Notes: generated from the letters alone by a model not told the origin. A stretch of DNA of 34,617 nt from a virus (IMGVR_UViG_2541047909_000003), one strand, 5' to 3'; positions 10,815-20,048 are shown, counted from the stretch's first letter. Made by a program: numbers and translations.

Positions 10815-11257
10815 CGTCTCAGTACCTCATCAATGGCCCGGTTCATCCGCGCAATCGCCACCTGAGCTGCCTGTTCACTGCGCACATCAAACGCCGGGCG
10901 CACAAACGGGTGCGGTGGCATATTCACGGTCCCCATTTCCACAAACCGCCAGTAGAAAGCATTGCGCGGGTTATCCGCCTTCATGGTGTTATCGCTGTTA
11001 CCGGTGTCCGGATTAACACCACGGATATGGACACCGGATTCCATCCCGCCATCGCGGGAGCGCCGGGAAAGGACCACCACATTGCGGCGCAGTTTTCCCC
11101 TGCGTACCGGTGCCCGTGACACCACTTCTTCTTTCAGCACATTCGCACCCGCACGGGTTGCCTCACGCAGCACCCGGTTATTTTCCGCACCACTCAGAAG
11201 CTGCAAATCGCGGCTGATGTCCTCCAGCCCCGAAAAATCCAGCAGGGTTTCGATCAT
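10811..11257 (-). CDS. HK97 gp10-family tail completion protein
   Basis: 148 aa; HPFVRPAF motif and gene order. Confidence 0.65.
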   Translation of the reverse strand: MIETLLDFSGLEDISRDLQLLSGAENNRVLREATRAGANVLKEEVVSRAPVRRGKLRRNVVVLSRRSRDGGMESGVHIRGVNPDTGNSDNTMKADNPRNAFYWRFVEMGTVNMPPHPFVRPAFDVRSEQAAQVAIARMNRAIDEVLRR

Positions 11258-11604
11258 TTTTCCCCTCCCAGCCGACAGAGAATTTCCAGACGCCCGCCGG
11301 TCGCATCCGGCACGGGCAGCCCGACAACGTTCAGGATCCGGTCACGCCATGGACCACTCAGCACATGAAGTCGTGACGCTGCCGTGATTTCCCGACCGGA
11401 CTGACCGCGCACCCAGATGCGGATTTCCGCCTGCGCCATTTCCGCACCGGACTGCATCCGCTCCCGGCTGCTCCTGCCTCGGATATCCGCATGAATTTTC
11501 CCGCATGACACCCATTCTTCCGTCATTTCTCCGGCAGCGTTACGGGTTAACACCGGGTTCAGAACACTTATCATCTGTGTCAGACGACCTGCAGATATTG
11601 CCAT
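11254..11604 (-). CDS. head-tail adaptor / head closure protein
   Basis: 116 aa; size, overlap coupling and position after connector gene. Confidence 0.6.
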   Translation of the reverse strand: MAISAGRLTQMISVLNPVLTRNAAGEMTEEWVSCGKIHADIRGRSSRERMQSGAEMAQAEIRIWVRGQSGREITAASRLHVLSGPWRDRILNVVGLPVPDATGGRLEILCRLGGEK

Positions 11605-11613
11605 TCCCCCTCC

Positions 11614-11940
11614 TCATAACACCGTCGGACAACGCAAATCGTAAATCAGCACGGAAACAGAAAACGGCAGCTCCCCCTGAAGCAGTTCTTCCCGCTCCGC
11701 AAGATCCGGATTCCGGTACAGCATCCCGGTCAGTCGCATGGCAGCCCCCTTCATCCGGGTTAATGCCTCGCCCGGGATCAGTTCACCGTCCTCACGGATC
11801 ACTTTATCCCGGCTGCCCTGAATGTAGGCCAGCAGCACGGCGGTAGCCTGACGAACCTTGTCCATCAGCATGTCATCATCCGCGTCATGGTCGACACGCA
11901 GATGTGCCTTGATCTCTTCCAGTGTCAGTAATGCCGTCAT
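11614..11940 (-). CDS. gp6-like head-tail connector protein
   Basis: 108 aa; N-terminus MTALLTLEEIKAHLRVDHDADDDML typical of the family. Confidence 0.7.
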   Translation of the reverse strand: MTALLTLEEIKAHLRVDHDADDDMLMDKVRQATAVLLAYIQGSRDKVIREDGELIPGEALTRMKGAAMRLTGMLYRNPDLAEREELLQGELPFSVSVLIYDLRCPTVL

Positions 11941-11942
11941 TT

Positions 11943-12392
11943 TCAGCCTCCTGCATCCCGCCCACGTTTTGCAGCCAGGGTCCAGGCTGATGAATGAGCT
12001 TCTCCGGGTTTATCTTCGGTCATACTGTTGCAGTGCCACAGCGAGCCCCCCCACGTCACCGTATCGCCGGGGTGGTAGGTTTCACCGGCTCTGAACACAC
12101 CGCGGTAGAGCATCACCGGCAGGGAAAATGTTTTTTCCGTACGCTGGCCACTGCTCTGCCGGACCACCACAGAGAACAACCGCTCACCCGTCATGCTGAC
12201 GTCAATATCCGCCACCCCGTCAACCAGGCATTCCCATCCCCGCATCCCGTGCGTTTTTTCATACGCCCGCCAGAGTCCGCCCTGGTGTGTGGCATACGTG
12301 CCCCGGGGAAAGGATTTTTGATCGTCAATGGCGGGGAGTATTTCCAGAGCCGTGGCATCACGCCCGTCCTGCGGAGCCGGCAGGGCACTCAC
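11943..12392 (-). CDS. hypothetical phage protein, possibly a remnant at a deletion junction
   Basis: 149-aa ORF between TerL fragment and connector genes, where portal, protease and major capsid genes are expected. Confidence 0.3.
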   Translation of the reverse strand: MSALPAPQDGRDATALEILPAIDDQKSFPRGTYATHQGGLWRAYEKTHGMRGWECLVDGVADIDVSMTGERLFSVVVRQSSGQRTEKTFSLPVMLYRGVFRAGETYHPGDTVTWGGSLWHCNSMTEDKPGEAHSSAWTLAAKRGRDAGG

Positions 12393-12441
12393 CGCATCCA
12401 GAACCGCCTTCTGCAGAACATCCGGATCGTAGTCACGACCA

Positions 12442-12855
12442 TCACGCGGAACATGAATATGGCTTGAAGGCGTTGGCCGCCACCTCCACAGTCGGGGCCA
12501 GAATCGTGTAACCCGCCGCCTGCCGCCAGTTCAGTAACAGTGCAGTCATCATGATCCCCGCGGCCAGCGTGGACTTCGAGTTTTTCTTGGGGATAAGGAT
12601 AAAAACTTCCTTGATATGGCGTACACCGGTCTGCGCATCGTAGGAGCCAAACAGGGCCGCCACCAGGTCAAACACCCACGGTGCACAGGACTCCCCGAAC
12701 GTAGGGCTACCAGGTGCATCCACAATCCGCAGTTGTTTAAAAATCGCCAGGGCATGTGCGGCCTCGTCCGGATAAATCGGATCCGGAATAATCGACAGCC
12801 CCTTTTTCAGGCGCTCTGCCCAGTCCGGGCAGGCTGTGCTCCATACAGGTATCAT
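12442..12855 (-). pseudogene. terminase large subunit, N-terminal fragment only
   Basis: 137 aa containing ILIPKKNSKSTLAAGIMMTALLL (Walker-A-like TerL N-terminal region); ORF terminates far short of a full TerL (about 450-650 aa). Confidence 0.65.
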
Positions 12856-13415
12856 CCGTTGCCCTCATTATCGTTATTCACCACCAGTCGGGGTGGCGGT
12901 GGCACCGCAAAACGGTTAGCCGCTTTTTTCGCGGCATCATCTTTTGCCGATTTTTTCCCGGTATCCCCTTTTTTATGGTGCGTGAACTGCGCCAGACGCC
13001 AGGCCGCATCCAGTGCCAGTTTCGGATCAATGCAGAGGTTTTCCACCAGGATCCGCCCCATGGCTTTCACCGGATCGGGAAGACCATCCTCCATATATTC
13101 AATACCAGGAGACATCACCGCGGACGGTGGCATCTCCAGATTGTTTTCGTCCGGCTGTGGTATTGCAGCCGCCTCACGGCGACGGGGTTTATCCTCCTGC
13201 TCTGATTTTTTCTGCCGGTAAACAGGAACCTCATCCACCTCCACCGTCTCGCATTGTTTACGGGCTATAAACGCAAGCACCTCAGGATCTTTTGCCAGCT
13301 GCGAGCCTTTAACCCTGGCGGTCTTCGCCGAATAACCGGCGGCAATGGCTGACGCTGTTTTGTTTTTCCCGGACATGAGCGCCAGCGCAAATTTTCGTTT
13401 TTGCGTTGTCAGCAC
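12852..13415 (-). CDS. terminase small subunit
   Basis: 187 aa; N-terminal HTH-like segment, basic/acidic C-terminus; directly upstream of TerL fragment and downstream of cos/HNH. Confidence 0.7.
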   Translation of the reverse strand: MLTTQKRKFALALMSGKNKTASAIAAGYSAKTARVKGSQLAKDPEVLAFIARKQCETVEVDEVPVYRQKKSEQEDKPRRREAAAIPQPDENNLEMPPSAVMSPGIEYMEDGLPDPVKAMGRILVENLCIDPKLALDAAWRLAQFTHHKKGDTGKKSAKDDAAKKAANRFAVPPPPRLVVNNDNEGNG

Positions 13416-13705
13416 AGCCTCCTCCCGGGTCCAGAACGCACTCAGCCGGGTATGGTTCAGCCCATTTTTCCCGGCGTCTCATGCCGCAAATGTTAACTGC
13501 TGCCTGGTTAACATTTGCTGAAAAAGCCTGTTAACATTTTTTCCGCACAACAAACTGAATAATAAAGATAAAAACCGCAAAAATGCCCGGGCAGCCAGTT
13601 AACATGTTAACTGCCCTGAAACGGGAATTTTTTCTCTGCGTGAGAGGGGGCGCGGTGTCCAAAGCGATCGTTTTTTACGCCGGATGATACCCCCCCGGGG
13701 TCGGG
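13416..13705. other. putative cos / terminase recognition region
   Basis: Non-coding gap between HNH and TerS carrying 4-5 copies of ATGTTAAC-type motifs, including the 18-bp perfect palindrome cagttaacatgttaactg and a G-rich tract gagagggggcgcgg. Confidence 0.35.
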
Positions 13706-14071
13706 TTACAGTCCGATGATGTCGTCCTCTCTGCCACTACCTCCGGACACCTCCGGCAGCGTCGGGTCCGGCATATCACTCGCCGCTTCACGAGCAGACT
13801 TTTGTCGATGGCATTCGGTACAGAGCGTCCAGAGATTCGTCTCCTCATTACCACCACCGAACTGAAGTGCAATTCGGTGATCGAGTTCACTGTCACAGAG
13901 GTCAACCACACGACCACAGAGACGGCACTGCCCGGCGTCCCTGAGCCAGATATGACGCTTGAGGGAAACACGTGCACTGCCACTGACACGACGCTGTTCA
14001 CCCTTCAGAATATTCACCCGTCGGGTATTCAGTGTTTTGATTCTGCTCTGGAGTGTACGAAGCTCAGCCAT
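13706..14071 (-). CDS. HNH endonuclease (packaging-associated)
   Basis: 121 aa; CRLCGR...DHRIALQFGG..N...LCTECH HNH motif; immediately upstream of cos/TerS as in HK97-like phages. Confidence 0.85.
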   Translation of the reverse strand: MAELRTLQSRIKTLNTRRVNILKGEQRRVSGSARVSLKRHIWLRDAGQCRLCGRVVDLCDSELDHRIALQFGGGNEETNLWTLCTECHRQKSAREAASDMPDPTLPEVSGGSGREDDIIGL

Positions 14072-14112
14072 GTAAAATCCCCGTCATATGGCAATCAGTA
14101 AAGGAAATAAAT

Positions 14113-14313
14113 ATGTCATCGAAAAACCGTACCCGCAGAACCACAACCCGCAATATCCGTTTCCCCAATCACATGATTGAACAGATCAACATCGCCCTTG
14201 AGCATAAAGGGTCCGGTAACTTTTCAGCGTGGGTTATTGAAGCCTGCAGGAGAAGGCTGGCAACAGATGCAACGCATCTGCGCCCGGCCAGCATGACAAA
14301 TAACGAGAAATGA
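14113..14313 (+). CDS. small ribbon-helix-helix-like protein (YlcI/DUF3950-like)
   Basis: About 66 aa from MSSKNRTRRTTTRNIRFPNHMIEQINIALEHKGSGNFSAWVIEACRRRL; divergent from HNH gene. Confidence 0.55.
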   Translation: MSSKNRTRRTTTRNIRFPNHMIEQINIALEHKGSGNFSAWVIEACRRRLATDATHLRPASMTNNEK

Positions 14314-14444
14314 ACGTTCGGTTACAGGAGCAGGTACCCACTGTCCTCCAACAATATTTCATCTTCATATCCGACGGAACAATACTTACCCTGCCGGGAT
14401 GTACAGAATAACAACAGAGTGATAATTAATTTCTGATGAAATAA

Positions 14445-14786
14445 TCAGTGTGCAGAAGGACTAAAGATAAACGTTTTCTTCACGCCTTTACACGGCCTGT
14501 CCTTCTCAAATCGCCATTTTGCCATCGCCTTTACAACCTGCTCATCAAACAGATGGTGCGGCTCTGAACGAATAAACTCAATTCGGGTGACAGTACCATC
14601 AGCACCAATATCAAACCTCACATCAACCCGTCCCTTTATATAATTTGCCGCTGCATAGGCCGGATATTGTGGTAATGCCTTAACCAACTGTCGGGGCATA
14701 TCTGTTTTATGTTGCGTACAGCCCATAACCAGAGAAGACAACAAAATAATTAACGGAAGATTTCTTTTCATTTTCATTCCCCGCAC
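14445..14786 (-). CDS. lipoprotein consisting of a TonB C-terminal domain (moron)
   Basis: 113 aa; signal peptide with LVMGC lipobox-like site; PQYPAYAAANYIKGRVDVRFDIGADGTVTRIEFIRSEPHHLFDEQVVKAMAKWRF aligns with E. coli TonB residues about 160-230 as recalled. Confidence 0.8.
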   Translation of the reverse strand: MRGMKMKRNLPLIILLSSLVMGCTQHKTDMPRQLVKALPQYPAYAAANYIKGRVDVRFDIGADGTVTRIEFIRSEPHHLFDEQVVKAMAKWRFEKDRPCKGVKKTFIFSPSAH

Positions 14787-15109
14787 AGATAAGAATAAGT
14801 CTTATTCTAACAATGCCGCCCTGTCGGTCATCAATCCTCTGCTTAATGGCAACGACAATTATCCGACTTAAATCACAAATCAGACACATGACATAACAGG
14901 GCTTGCGAGGTAACACATCGTCCTGTTTCTTCCACCATCGCACCGGACTGGCGACTATGAGGGGACAACGCCGCGCTCCGTTAACGCGGTAAACCCCGGT
15001 GTGTATCGTTTTTGATTATCCCCGCACACTCGCGCAGAGGAGTCTCCCTGTCGGGCTGCGGTCTCTGTTAATGAGGGAATACAGCGACGATACGGCGCAT
15101 CAGCAAAAC

Positions 15110-15577
15110 TTAGTTCAGGCACTGAGTGCGGATATAGTCCTGTGCCCCTTCCAGCTGCTTCTGCATTGTCATCAACCGTTCTCTGAGGATGAAATAATCC
15201 CGTTCAGCGGTGTCTGCCAGTCGGGGGCCGGTTGCATTATCCACGCCGGAGGTGCCGGTGGCTTCACGCACGGTACCGGAGCAGGTGGCGTTGATCCGCA
15301 GGCGCTTACGACCAGCGGCAACATCAGCACGCAGAGTTTCATTTTCAGCTCTCGCATCGGCTAATTCCCTCGAGTATCTGGCATCAAGTTCAGCGACATC
15401 ACGCTGGCGTATCTGCATATCAGTAATTGTCGCGTTCGCCAGTTTCAGCTCACTGACTTTTTTATCGCGCTGCGCTTTGTAGGTGATGGCGTTATCGCGG
15501 TAATGATTCAGCCCCAGACTAAGCACACCACAGGCTACCAGCAGGACAATAATCACCACACACAGAACACGGTTCAT
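15110..15577 (-). CDS. Rz: i-spanin Rz
   Basis: [18 protein letters not shown]...[16 protein letters not shown]...[15 protein letters not shown], near-colinear with lambda Rz; the 183-aa track ORF includes a spurious N-terminal extension. Confidence 0.9.
   Translation of the reverse strand: MNRVLCVVIIVLLVACGVLSLGLNHYRDNAITYKAQRDKKVSELKLANATITDMQIRQRDVAELDARYSRELADARAENETLRADVAAGRKRLRINATCSGTVREATGTSGVDNATGPRLADTAERDYFILRERLMTMQKQLEGAQDYIRTQCLN
15172..15357 (-). CDS. Rz1: o-spanin Rz1 (embedded in Rz, +1 frame)
   Basis: Lipoprotein signal (LVVSAC) followed by Pro-rich segment [24 protein letters not shown]. Confidence 0.85.
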   Translation of the reverse strand: MRELKMKLCVLMLPLVVSACGSTPPAPVPCVKPPAPPAWIMQPAPDWQTPLNGIISSSENG

Positions 15578-15676
15578 ATCACCACCAACGGATTGCCCAG
15601 ACCAGAACAGCAATGGCCACAATACGAATGGCAAATGCCATTGCCCGAATAAGTTCAGCACTCATCTTTTTAAAGT

Positions 15677-15927
15677 TCACGATTTCAGCGCAATGACCAG
15701 TTTTGCCAGCCCATACAGCATCGGAGACACAGCAATACCAACAGCCACCCACTTAATAGCAAAAGCCAGCGCTCTGCTGATGTCATCAGTCACTGTCACC
15801 CCAGCAGCCCCGACGAAGACAACATCACCCAGGCGAGGGACAGAAAAAGAGCAACCAGCATTAGTGAAAATGAAATACCGACAATCACACACAGGACCTT
15901 TGCCGGCGTTATGAGTTTGTCTGACAT
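15677..15927 (-). pseudogene. small two-TM membrane protein gene, apparently frameshifted
   Basis: ATG near 15927 gives MSDKLITPAKVLCVIVGISFSLMLVALFLSLAWVML then stop after 43 codons; a second hydrophobic segment continues in another frame to 15677 (DDISRALAFAIKWVAVGIAVSPMLYGLAKLVIALKS). Confidence 0.3.
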
Positions 15928-15929
15928 AG

Positions 15930-16025
15930 CTACCCCTTAATTGCCACAATTAACTGGGATACTACCCATAAAAAAGGGATGCTCCAGACCAGCAAAAATT
16001 TCCAGTTTGGTAATTGACTAATCAT
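15930..16025 (-). CDS. 31-aa hydrophobic peptide
   Basis: AGGGAG RBS 9 nt upstream of ATG; MISQLPNWKFLLVWSIPFLWVVSQLIVAIKG; below the ORF-track length cutoff. Confidence 0.3.
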   Translation of the reverse strand: MISQLPNWKFLLVWSIPFLWVVSQLIVAIKG

Positions 16026-16096
16026 GAGTCGCAACTCCCTAATCAGTTTGCTAAAATCAATCAAGGCAGCCTCCCATAGCTTACTGCCATAAAAAC

Positions 16097-16130
16097 AAAA
16101 CCCCGCTTGCTGCCAACAAACGGGGTTTTT
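16097..16130. terminator. bidirectional terminator-like hairpin downstream of endolysin
   Basis: aaaaccccg-N15-cggggtttt with T-runs on both sides. Confidence 0.5.
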
Positions 16131-16219
16131 ACTTTTATTCACTTACATTTTGCCAGTTCGCAGGATTTCGTGTTATCCGTCCGCCTTGGCCAACGTCATT
16201 TATTAGCAAAATATTCTGC

Positions 16220-16753
16220 TTATCTGTCGATTCCCCAGCACGCCAGCGCGCTCTCCTGGTCACGACGGGATACCTGACCGTAACAGTTATTTGAGCGAAT
16301 ACGGCAGTCCCTGCCACCGTCCTTAATCCACCAGCGAATCGCCTCACACGCTCCCCTGCGATCACCTGCATTAATTCGTTTATAAAACGTCGACGGAAAA
16401 CACTTACCGGGGCCAATGTTGTACGGACAGAATGACGCGATCCCCGCTTTCTGGGGTTCACTCAATGGCACTCTGATGTTTTTCTCCACCCATGCCAGCG
16501 CCTTATCACGCTCAATGGCGTTAACCCGGTCGCATTTTTCCTTCGACAACTTCATGCCCGGAACGACAGGTTTGCCATCCACCAGGATGGCACCGCGGCA
16601 GATGGTCCAGATACCCGCGCCATCACGGTATGCCGTGGTGTGGTTACCTTCCTTTTCATCCAGAAACTGGTCGAGAATGTCAGGCGCAGGCGCACCAGCG
16701 GCAATCAGCGCCAGAACGGCAGCCGACAAGCCGTATTTGATTTTGGTGTTCAT
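16220..16753 (-). CDS. R: SAR endolysin (phage lysozyme, P21 R-like)
   Basis: 177 aa; N-terminal signal-anchor-release segment LSAAVLALIAAGAPAP followed by a lysozyme-like domain (GH24 family from memory). Confidence 0.9.
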   Translation of the reverse strand: MNTKIKYGLSAAVLALIAAGAPAPDILDQFLDEKEGNHTTAYRDGAGIWTICRGAILVDGKPVVPGMKLSKEKCDRVNAIERDKALAWVEKNIRVPLSEPQKAGIASFCPYNIGPGKCFPSTFYKRINAGDRRGACEAIRWWIKDGGRDCRIRSNNCYGQVSRRDQESALACWGIDR

Positions 16754-16816
16754 GGATATTTATCAGGATTTATCGGTTTCTGCCCACGGACAGGTTTATC
16801 TGTTCCGGTCAGTGAC

Positions 16817-17167
16817 TTAAGGTTGTGATTCCGGAGGAGTCTTCAGAGAACCAGTAATTATTCCCGGTAGCTTTCCTTTGTAGGTTATCCATACATTCTG
16901 CGCCTCTAAAATTACGGGGCGCTTTTCCGGCGACTGCTCATCCCCTTCACATAACCCGGCAGCAACATCCAGGAAGACCTGTCTGATGCTCCTTCTGGCT
17001 GCTGCCTCATAAAACTCCAGCGTGGCACCTTCAACACGGTCCAGCGAGATGTCCAGGTCAAAAATTTCACCGTCAAAGCGTTTTTTGTCCCGTAACGCTA
17101 AAGTTACCGTAACTTTATTCTCAAAATTGCGGATCCCTTTCACAATCAGTTCATAGTTTTGAGTCAT
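16817..17167 (-). CDS. DUF1327-like protein (YdfR-like) between holin and endolysin
   Basis: 116 aa; position and recalled similarity to Qin ydfR. Confidence 0.55.
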   Translation of the reverse strand: MTQNYELIVKGIRNFENKVTVTLALRDKKRFDGEIFDLDISLDRVEGATLEFYEAAARRSIRQVFLDVAAGLCEGDEQSPEKRPVILEAQNVWITYKGKLPGIITGSLKTPPESQP

Positions 17168-17171
17168 TGAA

Positions 17172-17387
17172 TTACTCTCCCCGTGCCGCCTTACGACGGT
17201 CCTCTCTGATTTTGAAATACAGGTTAGTCAGATATGTCAGCAGCCCAAACAGCAGACTCCCCAGCACGCCTATTGCCGCCCACTGAGACGGGGAAACCCT
17301 GTCCAGCAACTGCAGGAACCAGTAGCCCGTTCCCACCGCTGACGTGGTGTATGACACACCTGTTGTGATTTTTTCCATCTGGTACAT
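17172..17387 (-). CDS. S: pinholin, S21-like, with dual-start motif
   Basis: [71 protein letters not shown] closely matches phage 21 S; two Met three codons apart; the 97-aa track ORF has a spurious extension. Confidence 0.85.
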   Translation of the reverse strand: MYQMEKITTGVSYTTSAVGTGYWFLQLLDRVSPSQWAAIGVLGSLLFGLLTYLTNLYFKIREDRRKAARGE

Positions 17388-17537
17388 ACCCCGTCTCCCG
17401 TTATCCGGAAGCTGACAACAATAAAAAAAGCCACCAGTTAAGTACTGATGGCTCTGATAACTCATGCAGGCATCTCAGACGACCCACTGACACTACCGGT
17501 GAGTTTAACGATACCTTCCATTTGACTGGCTCACTTT

Positions 17538-19409
17538 TTATGATGATGCCGGTGCATTTATCTCCAGCACCAGACTTTCTATCTCAACGCCATACGCTGC
17601 ATTTTTGGTAATATCCGTCAGCGTCAGCGCATTCAGCCCCAGTGTCAGACTGTCTTTTATGACCTGGAATGCCGGGCCAGCCACTCCATTCAGTTTCGGA
17701 GTAACCGTGGCACTGCCGGCGGTGAACACCAGCTCCAGCGTCTGCCAGTCGTTACTGTAATTCCCGAACTCGCCCAACTTTGTGTTTCCGGCTTTCTTGT
17801 GATGCATCAGATTCAGTTTGCCGTCTGTGGTCTGGGTGAAGAACGACATCAGGAACGGGTTACCAGTCCCGGTCATCGCCACGACGTCAGGTAACGCTAC
17901 ATCGGTATACAGATAAATTCCCAGACCGAACTGGTTGTTGGTCAGTGCGCCTGACAGTCGAAACTTACAGCTCAGTCTGCCACCCCGTGTCAGCAGGGAG
18001 ACTGCGTCATCCACCGGATGCATCAGGGACCAGGTTTTATTGCTCTGCTTGGTAACCTTAAACACACCATCTTCCAGCGCAACACTGCCGCCGGTGATGG
18101 TCCAGCCCTGCGCAGCAGCCTCTCCGGCTGTCGGCAGCAGGGAGACTGTACGAACGGATGTGTCACCATCAGACGGCCCCGATGGCGTGTCGCCGCCGGG
18201 CGAGGGTTTAATCTCCGGTGCGGTACCGCTGATGAAGGCGCTGGTTCGACCAACTGCGTTCAGAATAGCGGTTGCCAGGCGATCCGAAATAATGCCCCTG
18301 CGCGCCCATGAACTGAAATGTGTCGGACGATTTGACGATACCCAATTACCATTACTACGGGATTGCGCGCCGTAATAACCTGCATCAGCAATATCCGGGT
18401 CTTCTGCCGGTAAGTTGGTGGGCGTGTTGTTGCCGTTACCGTCGGTCATGAACGGCACAAAGAAAACGTTGTCGCTCTCCCTGTTTTTGTACGCGCCGTA
18501 GACGGAGTCATACTGTGTGCCGTATGTGTTTTTCCAGTAATACGTCGTGTCGCCACAAATCCACGGTACAACTGCAGCACTGCCGCCATGGCACTGCGCG
18601 TTAAATCCGGAAAGGTCAGTACGGAACTGCTTCAGCATGGCCGTGAACAGGTCCGGTTGCTGTGCGTAGGTGGCAGCGCTCATGTCAAATTCCCCCTGCA
18701 TCCAGCATATCGCCAGCAAAACGTTTTTCGGGTTTTTCTGCAATGCTGCCTTCGTGCGGAAAAGCAGATCCTGATATAACGGCTTACCCACTCCCCAGCG
18801 AGCCGAATCCTGACTGGCCCCCGTGGACTCGCTGAATGTCCCCTCCGTGCCCTTGGTGAATGCCGAACCACCACGACAGCATGGTACCAGCAGGATCCCC
18901 GCATTATTAGGGATATACGGAAGCAGTTTTTTGGCAATATGTAAGCCCTGTCCGACACAACCGTACTGCCCTTTGCTCAGGTCAGCCCGGGGATGGTTAA
19001 TCGTACTCATATCCTGAACATCATGCAGACAATGGTCAGCAGGAATGATGTCGTTAAATACGCATACTTCGCCACCGGGAGTCACTGTGTTACGACGGGC
19101 CAGTTGCTTAATGCGCGGATGGGGCGCATCGTATGAATCCGGAAGCGGAAGCCCTTCACCGTAAGCCATGGCATTGGACTGCCCGGCCAGTACGATGACG
19201 TAGTACCACTCCGGCTCAGTTGCACCACTGACGACCACATCACCTTCTGCTGCAATCGCCTGCATCAGGGTATAAGGGGTTATGGCCACCGGACTACCAA
19301 ACGGCTGCCAGCCCTCTTTCAGTTTATGTGTCAGCTTTTCCGCAAGATCTGACGGCGACGCCGCCCTGACAACATCATAGTGTTTAAATGCCATGGTTCT
19401 TTCCACCAT
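17538..19409 (-). CDS. prophage sialate O-acetylesterase (NanS-p-like) with N-terminal DUF1737
   Basis: 623 aa; MAFKHYDVVRAASPSDLAEKL N-domain then VIVLAGQSNAMAYGEG esterase (SASA-like) motif; same position relative to lysis genes as in Stx phages. Confidence 0.8.
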   Translation of the reverse strand: MVERTMAFKHYDVVRAASPSDLAEKLTHKLKEGWQPFGSPVAITPYTLMQAIAAEGDVVVSGATEPEWYYVIVLAGQSNAMAYGEGLPLPDSYDAPHPRIKQLARRNTVTPGGEVCVFNDIIPADHCLHDVQDMSTINHPRADLSKGQYGCVGQGLHIAKKLLPYIPNNAGILLVPCCRGGSAFTKGTEGTFSESTGASQDSARWGVGKPLYQDLLFRTKAALQKNPKNVLLAICWMQGEFDMSAATYAQQPDLFTAMLKQFRTDLSGFNAQCHGGSAAVVPWICGDTTYYWKNTYGTQYDSVYGAYKNRESDNVFFVPFMTDGNGNNTPTNLPAEDPDIADAGYYGAQSRSNGNWVSSNRPTHFSSWARRGIISDRLATAILNAVGRTSAFISGTAPEIKPSPGGDTPSGPSDGDTSVRTVSLLPTAGEAAAQGWTITGGSVALEDGVFKVTKQSNKTWSLMHPVDDAVSLLTRGGRLSCKFRLSGALTNNQFGLGIYLYTDVALPDVVAMTGTGNPFLMSFFTQTTDGKLNLMHHKKAGNTKLGEFGNYSNDWQTLELVFTAGSATVTPKLNGVAGPAFQVIKDSLTLGLNALTLTDITKNAAYGVEIESLVLEINAPASS

Positions 19410-19654
19410 CTGAAAAATGATTCTTTAAAATACCTGACATGTAATACAGAAAAAAAACAAAACCATACCTTAAATAAAAACCTCATCATCAAGCAGATAT
19501 GCATGGATAAACTACAAGACGAGATATAAACCACCCTGCATTTAAATAAACAATAAACAACATCAGAAAAATAATTCTGCTCTATGGTTTACAATCAAAA
19601 ATATCATTTATACTTTTCAGAACATCACCAGCAAGGCATAAACAAGGAAACTAA

Positions 19655-19990
19655 ATGAAGTGGATTGTGATTGATACAGTTATCCAGCCATCATGCGGAA
19701 TATCTTTTTCAGTCATATGGAGTAAAATAAAATTAATAATCTGGTATCAATCGGATGCTTTCTTACCTCCTGAAAGTATATTTACACTGACTCACACAGG
19801 CATCATGCTCAATAACAAAGTGCTACCTGTAACCATTTACAACGTAGTGCCATTCAATAAAACATTCTGGAATTTAATCAAAAACAGCCAGGAATGCCCT
19901 ACAAATACAGATAACGTATTGAATGAATGCTTTAATAACCGTTGCACTCTGCAAATATGTCCTTATGGACTAAAACAACAAAGTCCATAA
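19655..19990 (+). CDS. hypothetical AT-rich, Cys-containing protein (111 aa), antisense to late operon
   Basis: AAGGAA RBS about 7 nt upstream of ATG; strongly AT-rich codon usage unlike neighbours; C-terminal cluster [26 protein letters not shown]; stop lies in an 11-bp stem-loop. Confidence 0.45.
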   Translation: MKWIVIDTVIQPSCGISFSVIWSKIKLIIWYQSDAFLPPESIFTLTHTGIMLNNKVLPVTIYNVVPFNKTFWNLIKNSQECPTNTDNVLNECFNNRCTLQICPYGLKQQSP

Positions 19991-20021
19991 GGAGTTTACT
20001 CACATCTGACAAAATCAATAT

Positions 20022-20048
20022 AAACAGCCCCTCCGGAGAGGGGCTGGA
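20022..20048 (-). terminator. terminator-like hairpin (minus-strand orientation)
   Basis: cagcccctc-cgga-gaggggctg 9-bp stem followed by T/A-rich tract on minus strand. Confidence 0.4.

Noticed and set aside
14445-14786. Bor lipoprotein at the Bor position
   Set aside because: Sequence does not resemble Bor; the mature part matches the TonB C-terminal domain instead.
15110-15661. N-terminal extensions of track ORFs for Rz (183 aa), K (310 aa), holin (97 aa) and others
   Set aside because: Homology begins at internal start codons with proper RBS and spacing; the extensions run over upstream terminators or genes.
17425-17460. Terminator between nanS-p and the holin gene
   Set aside because: Only a 5-bp stem with a 15-nt loop; too weak to call.
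19331-19534. 67-aa minus-strand ORF at the nanS-p 5' end
   Set aside because: Overlaps the nanS-p start and the AT-rich promoter region; low-complexity hydrophobic product; no RBS.
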